A DNA stretch of 64,000 nucleotides, taken from positions 1,205,415 through 1,269,414 of the forward strand of contig JAYQJO010000001.1 in NCBI GenBank assembly GCA_038142205.1, written 5' to 3'. Position 1 is the stretch's first letter. Each line of letters opens with the position of its first letter. Made by a program: the position numbers and the translations under genes. Below the pieces are notes generated by a model. The model had not been told where the DNA came from. It made no database searches and was given only the letters and a program-made list of their open reading frames with translations. Positions 18,398 through 28,481 of this stretch are shown piece after piece. The DNA is from Pseudomonadota bacterium (GTDB lineage Bacteria; Pseudomonadota; Gammaproteobacteria; Eutrophobiales; Eutrophobiaceae).

Positions 18398-20096
18398 TCA
18401 ACCTTGTTCAATATCCAGTTTCTTTAAACGATAGGCCAGTTGCGGTCGGGTGATATTTAATGTCCTCGCAGCTGCGCTTAAATTACCTTTGGCATTTTTT
18501 ATTGCTGTTTTTAGAATTTCTGTCTCAAGCTTTTCAAATCCAGGAAAATTATTATTATTCTGTAGCATAGTTTCTGCATATTCATGTAAATCAATAGAGC
18601 TAGCATTATTTTCAACCAAACCTTTCATTTCTCCCATTTTACGTCTGTCTATGCTTCCATCAAATGTACTAAAAATAAGGTTCGACAATTTAATTTTAGT
18701 TCCTTTTTTAGTCAGAATAATTCCTCGCTCAATAACATTTTCAAACTCTCTGACATTACCTGGCCACGAATAGGCTGCCAGTGCCTCTATCGCATCATCC
18801 TCAATACCTGGAATTACTTTATTGTATTTAATTCCTATTTTATTAATGAAATGATCAATTAATATCGGAATATCTTCTTTATGGTCTCGTAATGGCGGAA
18901 TGATGACCGGATAAACATTTAATCGAAAAAAAAGGTCTTTCCTAAAGCGTTCTTCTTTAACAGCCGTTTCCAGATCATTGTTGGTTGCGGCGACGATGCG
19001 CACATCAATACGCCTTGACCGTGTATCACCCACACGTTCTATTTCATGATTTTGTAAAACCCTTAATAGTTTCGCTTGTGCACTTTCTGAAAGCTCTGCG
19101 ATTTCATCAAGAAACAAAGTCCCCCCATGGGCACGTTCGAATTTACCAGGCCGAGATTTTTGCGCGCCGGTAAATGCCCCCTTCTCCACACCAAATAATT
19201 CAGACTCTATTAATTCTTCTGGAATCGCAGCGCAATTTATCGCAACAAAAGGCGCTTTTTTTCGCTCACTTGTGTCATGAATTTTACGTGCAAACAAATC
19301 TTTCCCCACTCCGGTTTCACCTATAAGTAGTATGGTGACCTGACTCTCTGCGACGTGATCCAACATTTTATGAACATCTTGTAATTTTTTAGAATCACCT
19401 ATGATATTGCTGATTTCATATCCCTGTTCTACATTTAATCGTAATTTTTCGAATTGATTTTGTAGTTGCAACATTTGATCTGCAAAATGTTCTGGTTTGA
19501 AGTATCGAATATGTCCGATATCAGAACCCCAATCTTCAATCGGCTTGCCAATGATCCGGCATGTTTTAACTCCCGTCCCGGCACATTCAATTTCCTTAAA
19601 AGGATCATATCGTCCATGAATGCACTTGCATAACCACTGGCATAACCTATTTGTAACCAACAAACGGGATCCTGACTAATACCAAATAGGTCGAAGTACA
19701 TTTTGGTTTCAAAAGAATTATTCCATAAATACTCCGCATAAAATTCTCCCTTAGCCACGTTCATTTCTAATTTTATTTCAGTGACTTCAACGCCGGTTTC
19801 AAATTGATGAAGTAGAGGGCCAATCTTAATGCATCAGTATCAGAGGCTTCTGGTCGTAATTCATGTGCTAGAACGGCATCCTTTTCTCCGGCAGCATAAC
19901 CCAACCGTGTGATTAATCCTCGTGTCCGATCTAATCCAAGATTTTCGATTAATTCTTTGCGTAAAGAAGCCATTGCCTGAATATTCAGCAATATCATCCG
20001 TTCACTCCCGAGGGTGATATCGCCTTCTCCTCCTGGCAGCGTAAATATTGAGGAGACTTCTTTAGACTCAGACTTAGTTGGATTTAATTTTTTCAT
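18398..20096 (-). CDS. XylR/DmpR-family sigma-54-dependent transcriptional activator (N-terminal aromatic-effector-sensing domain, AAA+ sigma-54 interaction domain, C-terminal HTH), split into three track ORFs by two one-base errors (CC at 19614-19615; TT at 19826-19827)
   Basis: ORF 19773..20096 resembles the XylR N-terminal domain (GEGDITLGSERMILLNIQAMASLR). ORF 19435..19764 continues it (GEFYAEYLW...DPVCWLQIGYASGYASAFM). ORF 18398..19663 carries the Cys-rich linker, GETGVGKDLFARKIH, GAFTGA and C-terminal HTH. Confidence 0.8.
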
Positions 20097-20290
20097 ATAA
20101 GCTAGTCATCACTATTCTGATAGAGAAATTTTCTTAATTTTTTATGATATGATGAATTAATTATATGGTGAATTATTTAAAAGTAAACCGAATATAGAGC
20201 TGGATTCTAGGTAGTTCCGGATGATTCTTCAGGAATTTTATCTAGATTGTGAGAATTTTGATTAAATTTTCAGCTGATTAGAACAGGAAA

Positions 20291-20710
20291 TCATTTTTGC
20301 TCGAAAAGGAGTTGATGTGTCAAGAAACCTATGAACATCATCACTACTACGATGTATGGGTTGGTTAAACCGAAACCCGTTGCAGTAATAGCAGGGCCCG
20401 GACAAAAACCAATCATCCCCCAACCAATGCCGAACAATGTTGCTCCGAGAATTAATTTAGCATCCAGATCTTTTTTTGCAGGCAATTGAAATTTTTCGGT
20501 AAATACAGGATGTTCTCGCTTTAAAACAAATCGAAATGTAATCAGAGTCACAGCTAATGCTCCACCCATTACCAACATTAAACTCGGATCCCAATTCCCG
20601 GTGACATCCAGAAAATTCAATACTTTGTTTGGATCAGCCATGCGAGAAATACAAAGACCAATGCCAAAAATAATTCCGGAAAGTAATGCAAGAATATTCT
20701 GTTTCATCAA
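20291..20710 (-). CDS. YeeE/YedE-family membrane protein (second of a two-gene pair; putative sulfur-compound transport)
   Basis: 139 aa with GFCPGPA motif. The ATGA 4-bp overlap with the upstream partner is typical of this two-protein family. Confidence 0.7.
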   Translation of the reverse strand: MMKQNILALLSGIIFGIGLCISRMADPNKVLNFLDVTGNWDPSLMLVMGGALAVTLITFRFVLKREHPVFTEKFQLPAKKDLDAKLILGATLFGIGWGMIGFCPGPAITATGFGLTNPYIVVVMMFIGFLTHQLLFEQK

Positions 20711-21135
20711 ACTACTCCCAAAACATGACGGAAGATATAAACAGTCAATACACCCGAGGCCATAAAAACCAGAGTCGCTATAATCGACCTTTTAGATAAA
20801 CGCCCAATCCCACAAACACCATGACCACTGGTACATCCACCGCCCATGCGAGTACCAAAACCGACAATGAATCCACCCGTCAGCAAAAGTAATAACGGGT
20901 AATCCGGAATATCTTGAAACGAACCCGGTAATAACATCTGGTAGGCGAAGCCGGAAGCGATCATTCCCAAAAGAAATAATAAGCGCCAGCTTCTATCTCC
21001 TGCAGTCGTAGTAAATACCCCGCTAATAATTCCGCTGATTCCAGCGATCCTGCCATTAAATAATAATAATAATGAAGCGCTGATGCCGATTAACATGCCA
21101 CCAATCAGTGCTGAATAGGGTGTAAAGTTTTCCAT
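20707..21135 (-). CDS. YeeE/YedE-family membrane protein (first of the pair)
   Basis: 142 aa with GGGCTSGHGVCG motif. Confidence 0.7.
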   Translation of the reverse strand: MENFTPYSALIGGMLIGISASLLLLFNGRIAGISGIISGVFTTTAGDRSWRLLFLLGMIASGFAYQMLLPGSFQDIPDYPLLLLLTGGFIVGFGTRMGGGCTSGHGVCGIGRLSKRSIIATLVFMASGVLTVYIFRHVLGVV

Positions 21136-21216
21136 AATTAATAAACCTTATTATTTAATATTGTAATTATCTAAGATGAACCTTCTGCATGTTGAGAGTT
21201 TTTGATTATATCCCTA

Positions 21217-21879
21217 TTAAGAGTTCCAATGCGACGGATAAGTTTTTTGATAATAGGGAAGCGCTTCAATCTGCTGAGACCATCTGAGGATATTGGGGTA
21301 TTGTTCTCTGAGGGGGCTAAAAGAAAGATTCAGTGGTTTCGCCTCTGGTTTATCCAAAGCACGTTCTTGAATTTTAAGTAAAGGGTAAAGTCCAATATCT
21401 GCTGCGCTCACCTGGTTTCCCGTAAACCATTTTTGTTCCTCCAATAATGCATCAAGATTGAGTAGCTCTTGTTGTATCCTGTCTGTTGCTTGAATGATGT
21501 CATTATGTGCCTCATCAACACCACCAAAAAATATCGGTCGAACAATTTGTAAGGTATCTGGTTCCATATAACTACACTGTTCCATCAGTAACCTCATGAT
21601 CAAAGCATGCTGTTCAGATGTTGAACCAAATAGTTCAGATTCAGGATACTTTCGATCAAGGTAAGACAGTATCGCAATTGATTCGTAGACGATTGTTTCT
21701 CCATCTTTGAGCACCGGCACCTTACCTCGTGGATTCATGGATAAATACCAATCAAGTTTATTTTCACCCTTTGATACTTCGAGACTAGTCAGCTCGTAGT
21801 TTAAGGATTTATGCTCAAGCGCAAGCATCACACGCCATACAAAAGGGCTACCACTGATTCCATATAAAGTAATTAGCAT
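21217..21879 (-). CDS. Glutathione S-transferase
   Basis: 220 aa with N-terminal thioredoxin-like GST fold (ITLYGISGSPFVWRV...VPVLKDGETIVYES). Confidence 0.75.
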   Translation of the reverse strand: MLITLYGISGSPFVWRVMLALEHKSLNYELTSLEVSKGENKLDWYLSMNPRGKVPVLKDGETIVYESIAILSYLDRKYPESELFGSTSEQHALIMRLLMEQCSYMEPDTLQIVRPIFFGGVDEAHNDIIQATDRIQQELLNLDALLEEQKWFTGNQVSAADIGLYPLLKIQERALDKPEAKPLNLSFSPLREQYPNILRWSQQIEALPYYQKTYPSHWNS

Positions 21880-21889
21880 AATATTTTTC

Positions 21890-22696
21890 CTAACGTTTCA
21901 AACCTTTATCTTGCATTATTTGCGAAGCAATTTCCTCGACAGAGGAATGAGTCACATCAAGGTAAGGGATTCGTTCAAACTGATACATTTCTTCCATGTC
22001 ATGAATCTCCTTTCTACACTGCCTGATAGATGCATAATTACTGTCAGGTTTACGTTTTTGTCGAATCTGTTGTAAGCGGTCAGGATCAATAATTAATCCA
22101 TAAAGTTTTTTGCGATGTGCGTGTAAAATTTTTGGCAGTCTTGCAGAGCCTATATCATCATCGGTTAATGGATAATTTGCTGCACGCATTCCGAATTGCA
22201 TGGCAAGAAAAACGCAAACAGGGGTCTTACCAGAACGTGAAACACCTATCAAAATTATTTGCGCATTTTTAAGTTGCTGTACACTTGCACCATCGTCATG
22301 AGTAAGCGTGAAGTTCATTGCTTCCATTCGTTTATCATAATTTTTTTTGTCAATTATACCGTGCGTACGGCCTGCAATATGGGTAGAATGGGCGCCTAAT
22401 TCAGTTTCTAGCGGATTAATAAAAACATTAAATAAATCAAGGACTAAGGAATTACTTTTTTTAAGTTTAATACTTAAATTAGGGTCTGTCAGAGTTGAAA
22501 ATACAAGCGGACGTATTCCTTCTTCGGCTGCACGGTTTATAAGCTCAATGACAGGTGAAAGTTTATCCAAGGTACGTACGAAAGGTATTGTCGTTTGCTC
22601 GAAATCATCACTTTCAAATTGGCTAAGTAATGTTCGACCAATGGTTTCAGCAGTGATAGCAGTACCGTCAGAAATAAAAAAAACATTACGTTTCAT
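21890..22696 (-). CDS. ppsR: Phosphoenolpyruvate synthase regulatory protein (PSRP/PpsR, DUF299 kinase/pyrophosphorylase)
   Basis: 268 aa with P-loop GVSRSGKT. Sits divergent to ppsA, the conserved arrangement. Confidence 0.8.
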   Translation of the reverse strand: MKRNVFFISDGTAITAETIGRTLLSQFESDDFEQTTIPFVRTLDKLSPVIELINRAAEEGIRPLVFSTLTDPNLSIKLKKSNSLVLDLFNVFINPLETELGAHSTHIAGRTHGIIDKKNYDKRMEAMNFTLTHDDGASVQQLKNAQIILIGVSRSGKTPVCVFLAMQFGMRAANYPLTDDDIGSARLPKILHAHRKKLYGLIIDPDRLQQIRQKRKPDSNYASIRQCRKEIHDMEEMYQFERIPYLDVTHSSVEEIASQIMQDKGLKR

Positions 22697-22743
22697 AAAT
22701 TATGGATATCGTAATTAAATGATTAATAAGTTGAGAATTATAC

Positions 22744-25114
22744 ATGAATAACTATGTAATTTGGTTTGAAAAACTGGGAATGAACGATGTCGAAATCGTT
22801 GGTGGTAAAAATGCCTCTTTAGGTGAAATGATTTCTAATCTTGCCGACTCTGGTGTCATGGTACCAGGAGGATATGCAACAACAGCTGATGCATATCGTG
22901 AATTTCTTAAACACGAAGGACTTTCAGATCGTATTAATAAAAACCTTTCTGATCTTGATGTCGACAATATTGAACACCTTACCGCCGCCGGTAAACAAAT
23001 CAGACAATGGATCATAGATGCCCCATTTCCGCCACAACTTGAAAAAGAGATCAGTGAAGGTTATGTAGAATTGGAAAAGAGAGCAGGTAAAAATGTATCT
23101 GTTGCTGTTCGCTCTTCAGCAACAGCAGAAGATCTCCCTGATGCCTCTTTTGCCGGTCAACAGGAAACCTTTCTCAATATTCGCGGCATTGATGACATTT
23201 TGTTTAGAGTAAAAGAAGTGTTTGCCTCACTTTATAATGATCGCGCTATCGCTTATCGCGTTCATCAGGGTTTCGAACATGAAGTGGTTGCATTATCCGC
23301 AGGCATACAACAAATGGTACGCAGCGATTTGGGCTCAAGTGGTGTCATGTTTACTTTGGATACTGAATCAGGTTTTGATGATGTTGTTTTTATTACCTCA
23401 TCATTTGGTCTGGGTGAGTGCGTTGTTCAAGGTTCAGTTAATCCTGATGAATTCTACGCCTACAAACCTGCACTTGTAGCAGGTAAGCAATCTATATTAC
23501 TGAGAAATATATATGGGTAGTAAGGCAGAGAAAATGATCTTTGATGAGTCAGGAGATAACCCCACGATAATTATCAAGACTTCAGAGTCTGAACGTACAA
23601 ACTTCTCCCTCAATGATGAAGACATAGAAGAGTTGGCACGCTATGCCTTAACAATAGAAAAACATTACGGCCGTCCGATGGATATCGAATGGGGTAAAGA
23701 TGGCGAAAATGGCAAACTCTATATCTTGCAAGCCAGACCTGAAACCGTCAAAAGCCGCACAGCAGGCAAAAGCATAGAACGTTATATCATGAATGAACGC
23801 TCTGATATTTTAGTAACAGGAAGAAGTATTGGCCAACGCATAGGTAGCGGACCTGTAAAAATTATTTCAGATATAAAATATATGGATGAAGTAAAAGAGG
23901 GAGATGTGCTGGTAACGGATATGACTGATCCTGATTGGGAACCCATCATGAAACGCGCTTCGGCAATTGTCACCAATCGTGGTGGTCGTACCTGTCATGC
24001 AGCAATTATTGCCAGAGAACTCGGTATCCCTGCTGTAGTTGGAACGTCCAACGGAACAGAAAAACTTGCTGATATCGATGAAGTTACCGTTTCATGTTCT
24101 GAAGGCGATACAGGTTTTATCTATGAAGGCATATTGCCGTTTGAATTAAAAAATATTCAACTCGATTCTATGCCGGAAATTGATTTAAAGGTGATGATGA
24201 ATGTGGGTAATCCCGATCGCGCTTTTGACTTTGCCTCTTATCCAAACCACGGCGTCGGTTTGGCACGACTCGAATTTATTATTAACAGAATGATCGGCGT
24301 ACATCCCAAAGCCTTGATCAACATTGATACTATGCCAAACAACATCAAGACAACTATTCAAAAAAGAATTTCAGGTTATCGTACACCCGTTGATTTTTTT
24401 ATCGAAAAATTAACAGAAGGTATTGCAACATTAGGGGCTGCCTTTGCACCTAACCCTGTCATTGTTCGCATGTCTGATTTTAAATCTAATGAATATTACA
24501 ATCTCATTGGCGGAGATCAGTTTGAACCAAAAGAAGAAAATCCGATGCTTGGCTTTCGTGGTGCGTCTCGATATATTTCAGAATCATTCAGAGACTGTTT
24601 CGAAATGGAATGTAAGGCGTTTGTGAAAGTCCGTAATGATATGGGACTCAGCAATGTTCAATTAATGGTACCATTTGTACGAACGGTAGACGAAGCAAAA
24701 CAAGTCACCGAACTGCTAAAAGATAATGGTCTGGAACGAGGTAAAGATGGCCTTAAGGTGATTATGATGTGTGAATTACCTTCAAATGCATTATTAGCAA
24801 AAGATTTCCTTGAATATTTTGATGGGTTCTCTATAGGTTCCAATGATTTAACACAATTAACATTGGGATTGGATCGAGACTCAGGTCTGGTTGCAGATAA
24901 ATTTGATGAAAGAAATCCAGCAGTAAAAGCAATGCTACAGATGTCTATCAAAGCCTGTTTGGAAGCTAAAAAATATATTGGCATTTGTGGTCAAGGTCCA
25001 TCGGATCATCCTGATCTGGCGCAATGGTTAATGGAACAAGGCATCGAAAGTGTTTCTCTTAATCCAGACACGGTCATTGAAACATGGTTATCATTAGCAG
25101 GGGAATCTATTTAA
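22744..25114 (+). CDS. ppsA: Phosphoenolpyruvate synthase (PpsA), frameshifted in an A/AT low-complexity stretch at 23495-23510
   Basis: ORFs 22744..23520 and 23513..25114 are colinear with PpsA: ATP-grasp N-domain, phosphohistidine domain ...[24 protein letters not shown], and PEP-utilizing C domain. The junction ...[13 protein letters not shown] maps to the linker. Confidence 0.85.
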
Positions 25115-25158
25115 AATTTATTTTTAAATAAATTCCATTTTATCCCGGGAGAATAAAA

Positions 25159-25788
25159 ATGGCAAAATTACTCTATATTGAAGCATCACCACGTAAAGAG
25201 CGTTCTCATTCTATACAAGTCGCTCACGCATTCATTGATACTTATAAAACAGCAAACCCAGAAGATGAAATAGAAACTTTAGATTTGTGGTCAATTGATC
25301 TCCCCTCTTTTGATAACAATACGATCAATGCAAAGTACGCTGTACTACACGGTGAAACACATACTCAAGAAGAAGCTGATGCATGGAAAACAATTGTTAC
25401 TCATGCCGAAAATTTCAAATCTGCTGATAAATATCTATTAAGTATTCCTATGTGGAACTTTGGCATCCCCTATAAACTAAAACATTATATAGACGTTATT
25501 ACCCAACCCGGCCTGACCTTCAGCTTCACTCCCGAAGAAGGTTTTTCTGGCCTGGTTAATGATAAACCTGCTACTGTTATTTTTTCCCGAGGGGGTGAGT
25601 ATGCACCCGGCACACCGACAGAAGCTTTTGATTTCCAAAAGCCCTCTATTTTAGGCTGGTTAGGATTCATTGGTTTTACTTCTATAAATGCTCAGGAAAT
25701 TGAACCAACACTTGCACCACCCGAAGTAGTTGAATCAATTCTTAAAGAAAACTGTACTAAAGCTAGCAATATTGCTAAAAGCTTTTAG
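25159..25788 (+). CDS. azoR: FMN-dependent NADH-azoreductase (AzoR / flavodoxin-like fold)
   Basis: 209 aa with N-terminal LYIEASPR and overall AzoR-like pattern. Confidence 0.7.
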   Translation: MAKLLYIEASPRKERSHSIQVAHAFIDTYKTANPEDEIETLDLWSIDLPSFDNNTINAKYAVLHGETHTQEEADAWKTIVTHAENFKSADKYLLSIPMWNFGIPYKLKHYIDVITQPGLTFSFTPEEGFSGLVNDKPATVIFSRGGEYAPGTPTEAFDFQKPSILGWLGFIGFTSINAQEIEPTLAPPEVVESILKENCTKASNIAKSF

Positions 25789-25818
25789 AAAGAGATAGAT
25801 AATAATAACTTATTAAAA

Positions 25819-26883
25819 TCAGGTTTTAATATCCGTTTTATCTTTGTTTGATAAATGCTTATTTAATTCGAATTCTTCAGCTAGTAATTGGTATGATCGT
25901 TTTCGATCTTCAAAATCATAACAGACATTAACCACTGTTATTTCATCTGCATCATATTCTTCAGCAAGTTTATCCATTTTGTTACGACATTCTTCCGCAG
26001 TACCAATGATCATTGAATTCAACGTTTCATCATAATAAGCCTGATCTTCAATCGATAATGTTTGTTTAAGATTTAAGCAATCTTCAGGTGGCAACAGTGG
26101 AATACGTACACCATGTCGAAACGCCTGTACTTTCCAGTATGTGTGAGTGCTGGCAATACGAATAGCCTCATCCCTATCCTCAGCACATATCACTGCAACT
26201 GCTAGCATTACTTTTGATTTCTGTTGATCTGTCATTGGTTTAAATGCATTTCGATAAGCATCAATAATCCCTGTTGGTCTATCATGTGTGCCAATAAATA
26301 AAGCCAACGCAAAACCAGCACCAACTTGTCCGGCAAATTCAGCGCTACCTGCACCAGAGCCCAGCAACCATAATTCAGGAACGACTTCTGCTTCGGGGAT
26401 TGTTTTTAAATTATAATAAGGATGGTCCGTAGGTAAACTATCATGTAAAAAACCACTCAAGTCAGATACTTGTTGCACATACAACTCAGCACTATTTGGA
26501 TAGTTTGGATAGGCTAATGCTGATGCAGCAATTGAATTTCCACCGGGAGCCCTGCCCACACCAATATCTATTCGATTTGGATGCAAGCTTGATAATAGAC
26601 GAAATGTCTCAGCAACTTTATAAGGACTATAATGAGTTAACATAACACCACCGCTACCGACACGTAGGTTTTTTGTAGCGCCAGCAACTTCAGCAATCAT
26701 AATCTCAGGACAAGAACAAGCGTAGCCCTCAGTATCGTGGTGTTCTGCAATCCAGTACCGATAATAACCCAGGGCATCACATTGTTTTGCTAATTCTATC
26801 GTCTGGGCTGGCGCTAAATGAGAAGGTAAATCGTTATGAATGGGTATTTGATCTAAAACATTGAACTTATATGAACGGCTCAT
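25819..26883 (-). CDS. Luciferase-like monooxygenase (LLM-class flavin-dependent oxidoreductase)
   Basis: 354 aa with TIM-barrel LLM signature (YWIAEHH, GVGRAPGG). Confidence 0.7.
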   Translation of the reverse strand: MSRSYKFNVLDQIPIHNDLPSHLAPAQTIELAKQCDALGYYRYWIAEHHDTEGYACSCPEIMIAEVAGATKNLRVGSGGVMLTHYSPYKVAETFRLLSSLHPNRIDIGVGRAPGGNSIAASALAYPNYPNSAELYVQQVSDLSGFLHDSLPTDHPYYNLKTIPEAEVVPELWLLGSGAGSAEFAGQVGAGFALALFIGTHDRPTGIIDAYRNAFKPMTDQQKSKVMLAVAVICAEDRDEAIRIASTHTYWKVQAFRHGVRIPLLPPEDCLNLKQTLSIEDQAYYDETLNSMIIGTAEECRNKMDKLAEEYDADEITVVNVCYDFEDRKRSYQLLAEEFELNKHLSNKDKTDIKT

Positions 26884-27036
26884 ATGATATTTAAAAGAAA
26901 AAAAATATTACGTTGTTATTAAATGATTTAAATATATCAACCAATATAAGTGAGGTTATCAAAAGGTTTTTACACCTTCACTCGAATACATATTAAAACA
27001 TCGGCATGATGGTATACATCATGCCGATAATAGTGA

Positions 27037-27956
27037 TTACGTTACAACCTGTAGGAATCTATCATTAAGCTCTCTGCTATGATAAAAAATTGCCTGACCA
27101 AGATGATCGGGAGTCCATGTTAAAACGGGACTATCTGGATATCGATAACTGTCTTCACAGAAAACTTCATTACGATTACCAGAAGGATCAAAGAAGTAAA
27201 TCGTTTGTCCCCGAGTTAAGCCATGTCGTGTTGGTCCAATATCCAGTGGGATATCTTTCATCGAAATGATGTCTGCCGCACGTAATACATTTTCCCATGT
27301 GTTCAACATAAATGAAGCATGATGCATTTTATTTTTTCTTCATGACGGATAAATGCAACGTCATGGGCCTTATGTGAACAACTTAGAAATGCAGCAATCT
27401 GTAATTCACCATCGACAACCTGTTCAGCCACATCAAATTCCAGAGCTTCTGTAAAAAGTTTAACGGTACCATCTATATCATCACCATAGAGTAAACAATG
27501 GTCAAAACGCACTGCTTGCATTCCTTGCAAACCCTCTGGCCAGGGTCCAGGATTTGTTGTTGGTAATCCATTGCCATACACCTCTTTTTCTGCATACAGT
27601 TCAAAAGTATGACCCGTTGGCGAATCAAATCGGACACGTTCACCACAGTGGTTTAATTCACCAGCAGCAATACGTTCAACATTACAACCAAATTTCTTAA
27701 TGTTATCCTCAAGTCGCAGTAACGATGCTTCGTTGTCTACCTTGAACGCCATGTGATCCATGCCCGGGCTATCGTTCTTTTGTAATACCACCGAAAACCA
27801 ATCATGTTCATCCCAGCATTTCAAATAAACACGCCCTTGATCGTCTCTATCCGTTTCAATTAAACCCATATTCTCAGAATAATGTTTTACCGATTCATCT
27901 AAATCCAACACATTAATCATTACATGTCCTGGTCTCATTACGCCTGTTATTGCCAT
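27037..27956 (-). CDS. Catechol 2,3-dioxygenase (extradiol, XylE/DmpB type), frameshifted in the T4/T6 runs at 27327-27338
   Basis: ORFs 27303..27956 and 27037..27327 are colinear with XylE: GVMRPGHV...DDQGRVYLK...AHDVAFI then [22 protein letters not shown]...[22 protein letters not shown]. The junction lies in poly-A on the coding strand. Confidence 0.85.
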
Positions 27957-27997
27957 TATTATTTACCTCTTTTAAACATAATTTATTATCAAGTGTA

Positions 27998-28339
27998 CTA
28001 ACTATTTTTGTTTGTGTTTAATGATTTTACATGTGTTTCACTAAACTCAGATTTCATCTTTCCTAATACGTTTAATTTGATATCCGATCTGGGAAACACC
28101 CTGCATGCTAGTACAATATCTTCATTTTGTTCTTCTTCACTAACATGATTACGACTCATGATTCCAGTTTGATACTGCCCGGATACAATCCTTATTTTAC
28201 ACACGCCACAACCACCATTACGACAACCTACCGGAATACCCTTTCGCCCTAATCTGAGCATGCCTTTAAGCAAATGTTCCTGCTCATAACATTCAAACAT
28301 TTCATTACTATCGTTGATGGATATATTAAATTTTTTCAC
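27998..28339 (-). CDS. Plant-type [2Fe-2S] ferredoxin of the XylT/DmpQ type (catechol 2,3-dioxygenase reactivation)
   Basis: 113 aa with CRNGGCGVCK...C cluster, immediately upstream of the C23O gene as in xylTE/dmpQB. Confidence 0.75.
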   Translation of the reverse strand: MKKFNISINDSNEMFECYEQEHLLKGMLRLGRKGIPVGCRNGGCGVCKIRIVSGQYQTGIMSRNHVSEEEQNEDIVLACRVFPRSDIKLNVLGKMKSEFSETHVKSLNTNKNS

Positions 28340-28369
28340 TAAAACAGATTATTGAAATAGCTTACTTTT

Positions 28370-28414
28370 AAAAAAAAAAAAAGGTAATAGTCTTAAATTA
28401 TTAAGACTATTACC
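28370..28414 (-). terminator. Rho-independent terminator (perfect 14-bp stem, 4-nt loop, then T13 on the minus strand) downstream of the DUF1329 gene
   Basis: ggtaatagtcttaa-atta-ttaagactattacc with A13 on the plus strand (T13 on the transcribed strand). Confidence 0.8.
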
Positions 28415-28481
28415 CAATTTGTCTTTATTTATTAAATGGCATAATTTTATATTTAAAAAACTATGTCATCCAGTTACATAG

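Noticed and set aside
20291-21135. Adjacent 139-aa and 142-aa YeeE/YedE ORFs, which look like another frameshift-split gene
   Set aside because: This family naturally occurs as two separate ~140-aa proteins. Each half has its own conserved motif (GGGCTSGHG and GFCPGPA), and the genes overlap by ATGA with no homopolymer at the junction.
28370-28382. A13 and other long mononucleotide runs as possible phase-variable contingency tracts
   Set aside because: This one is the T-tract of a canonical intrinsic terminator. The other long runs coincide with the apparent frameshift sites, which are better explained as read errors than as programmed phase variation.
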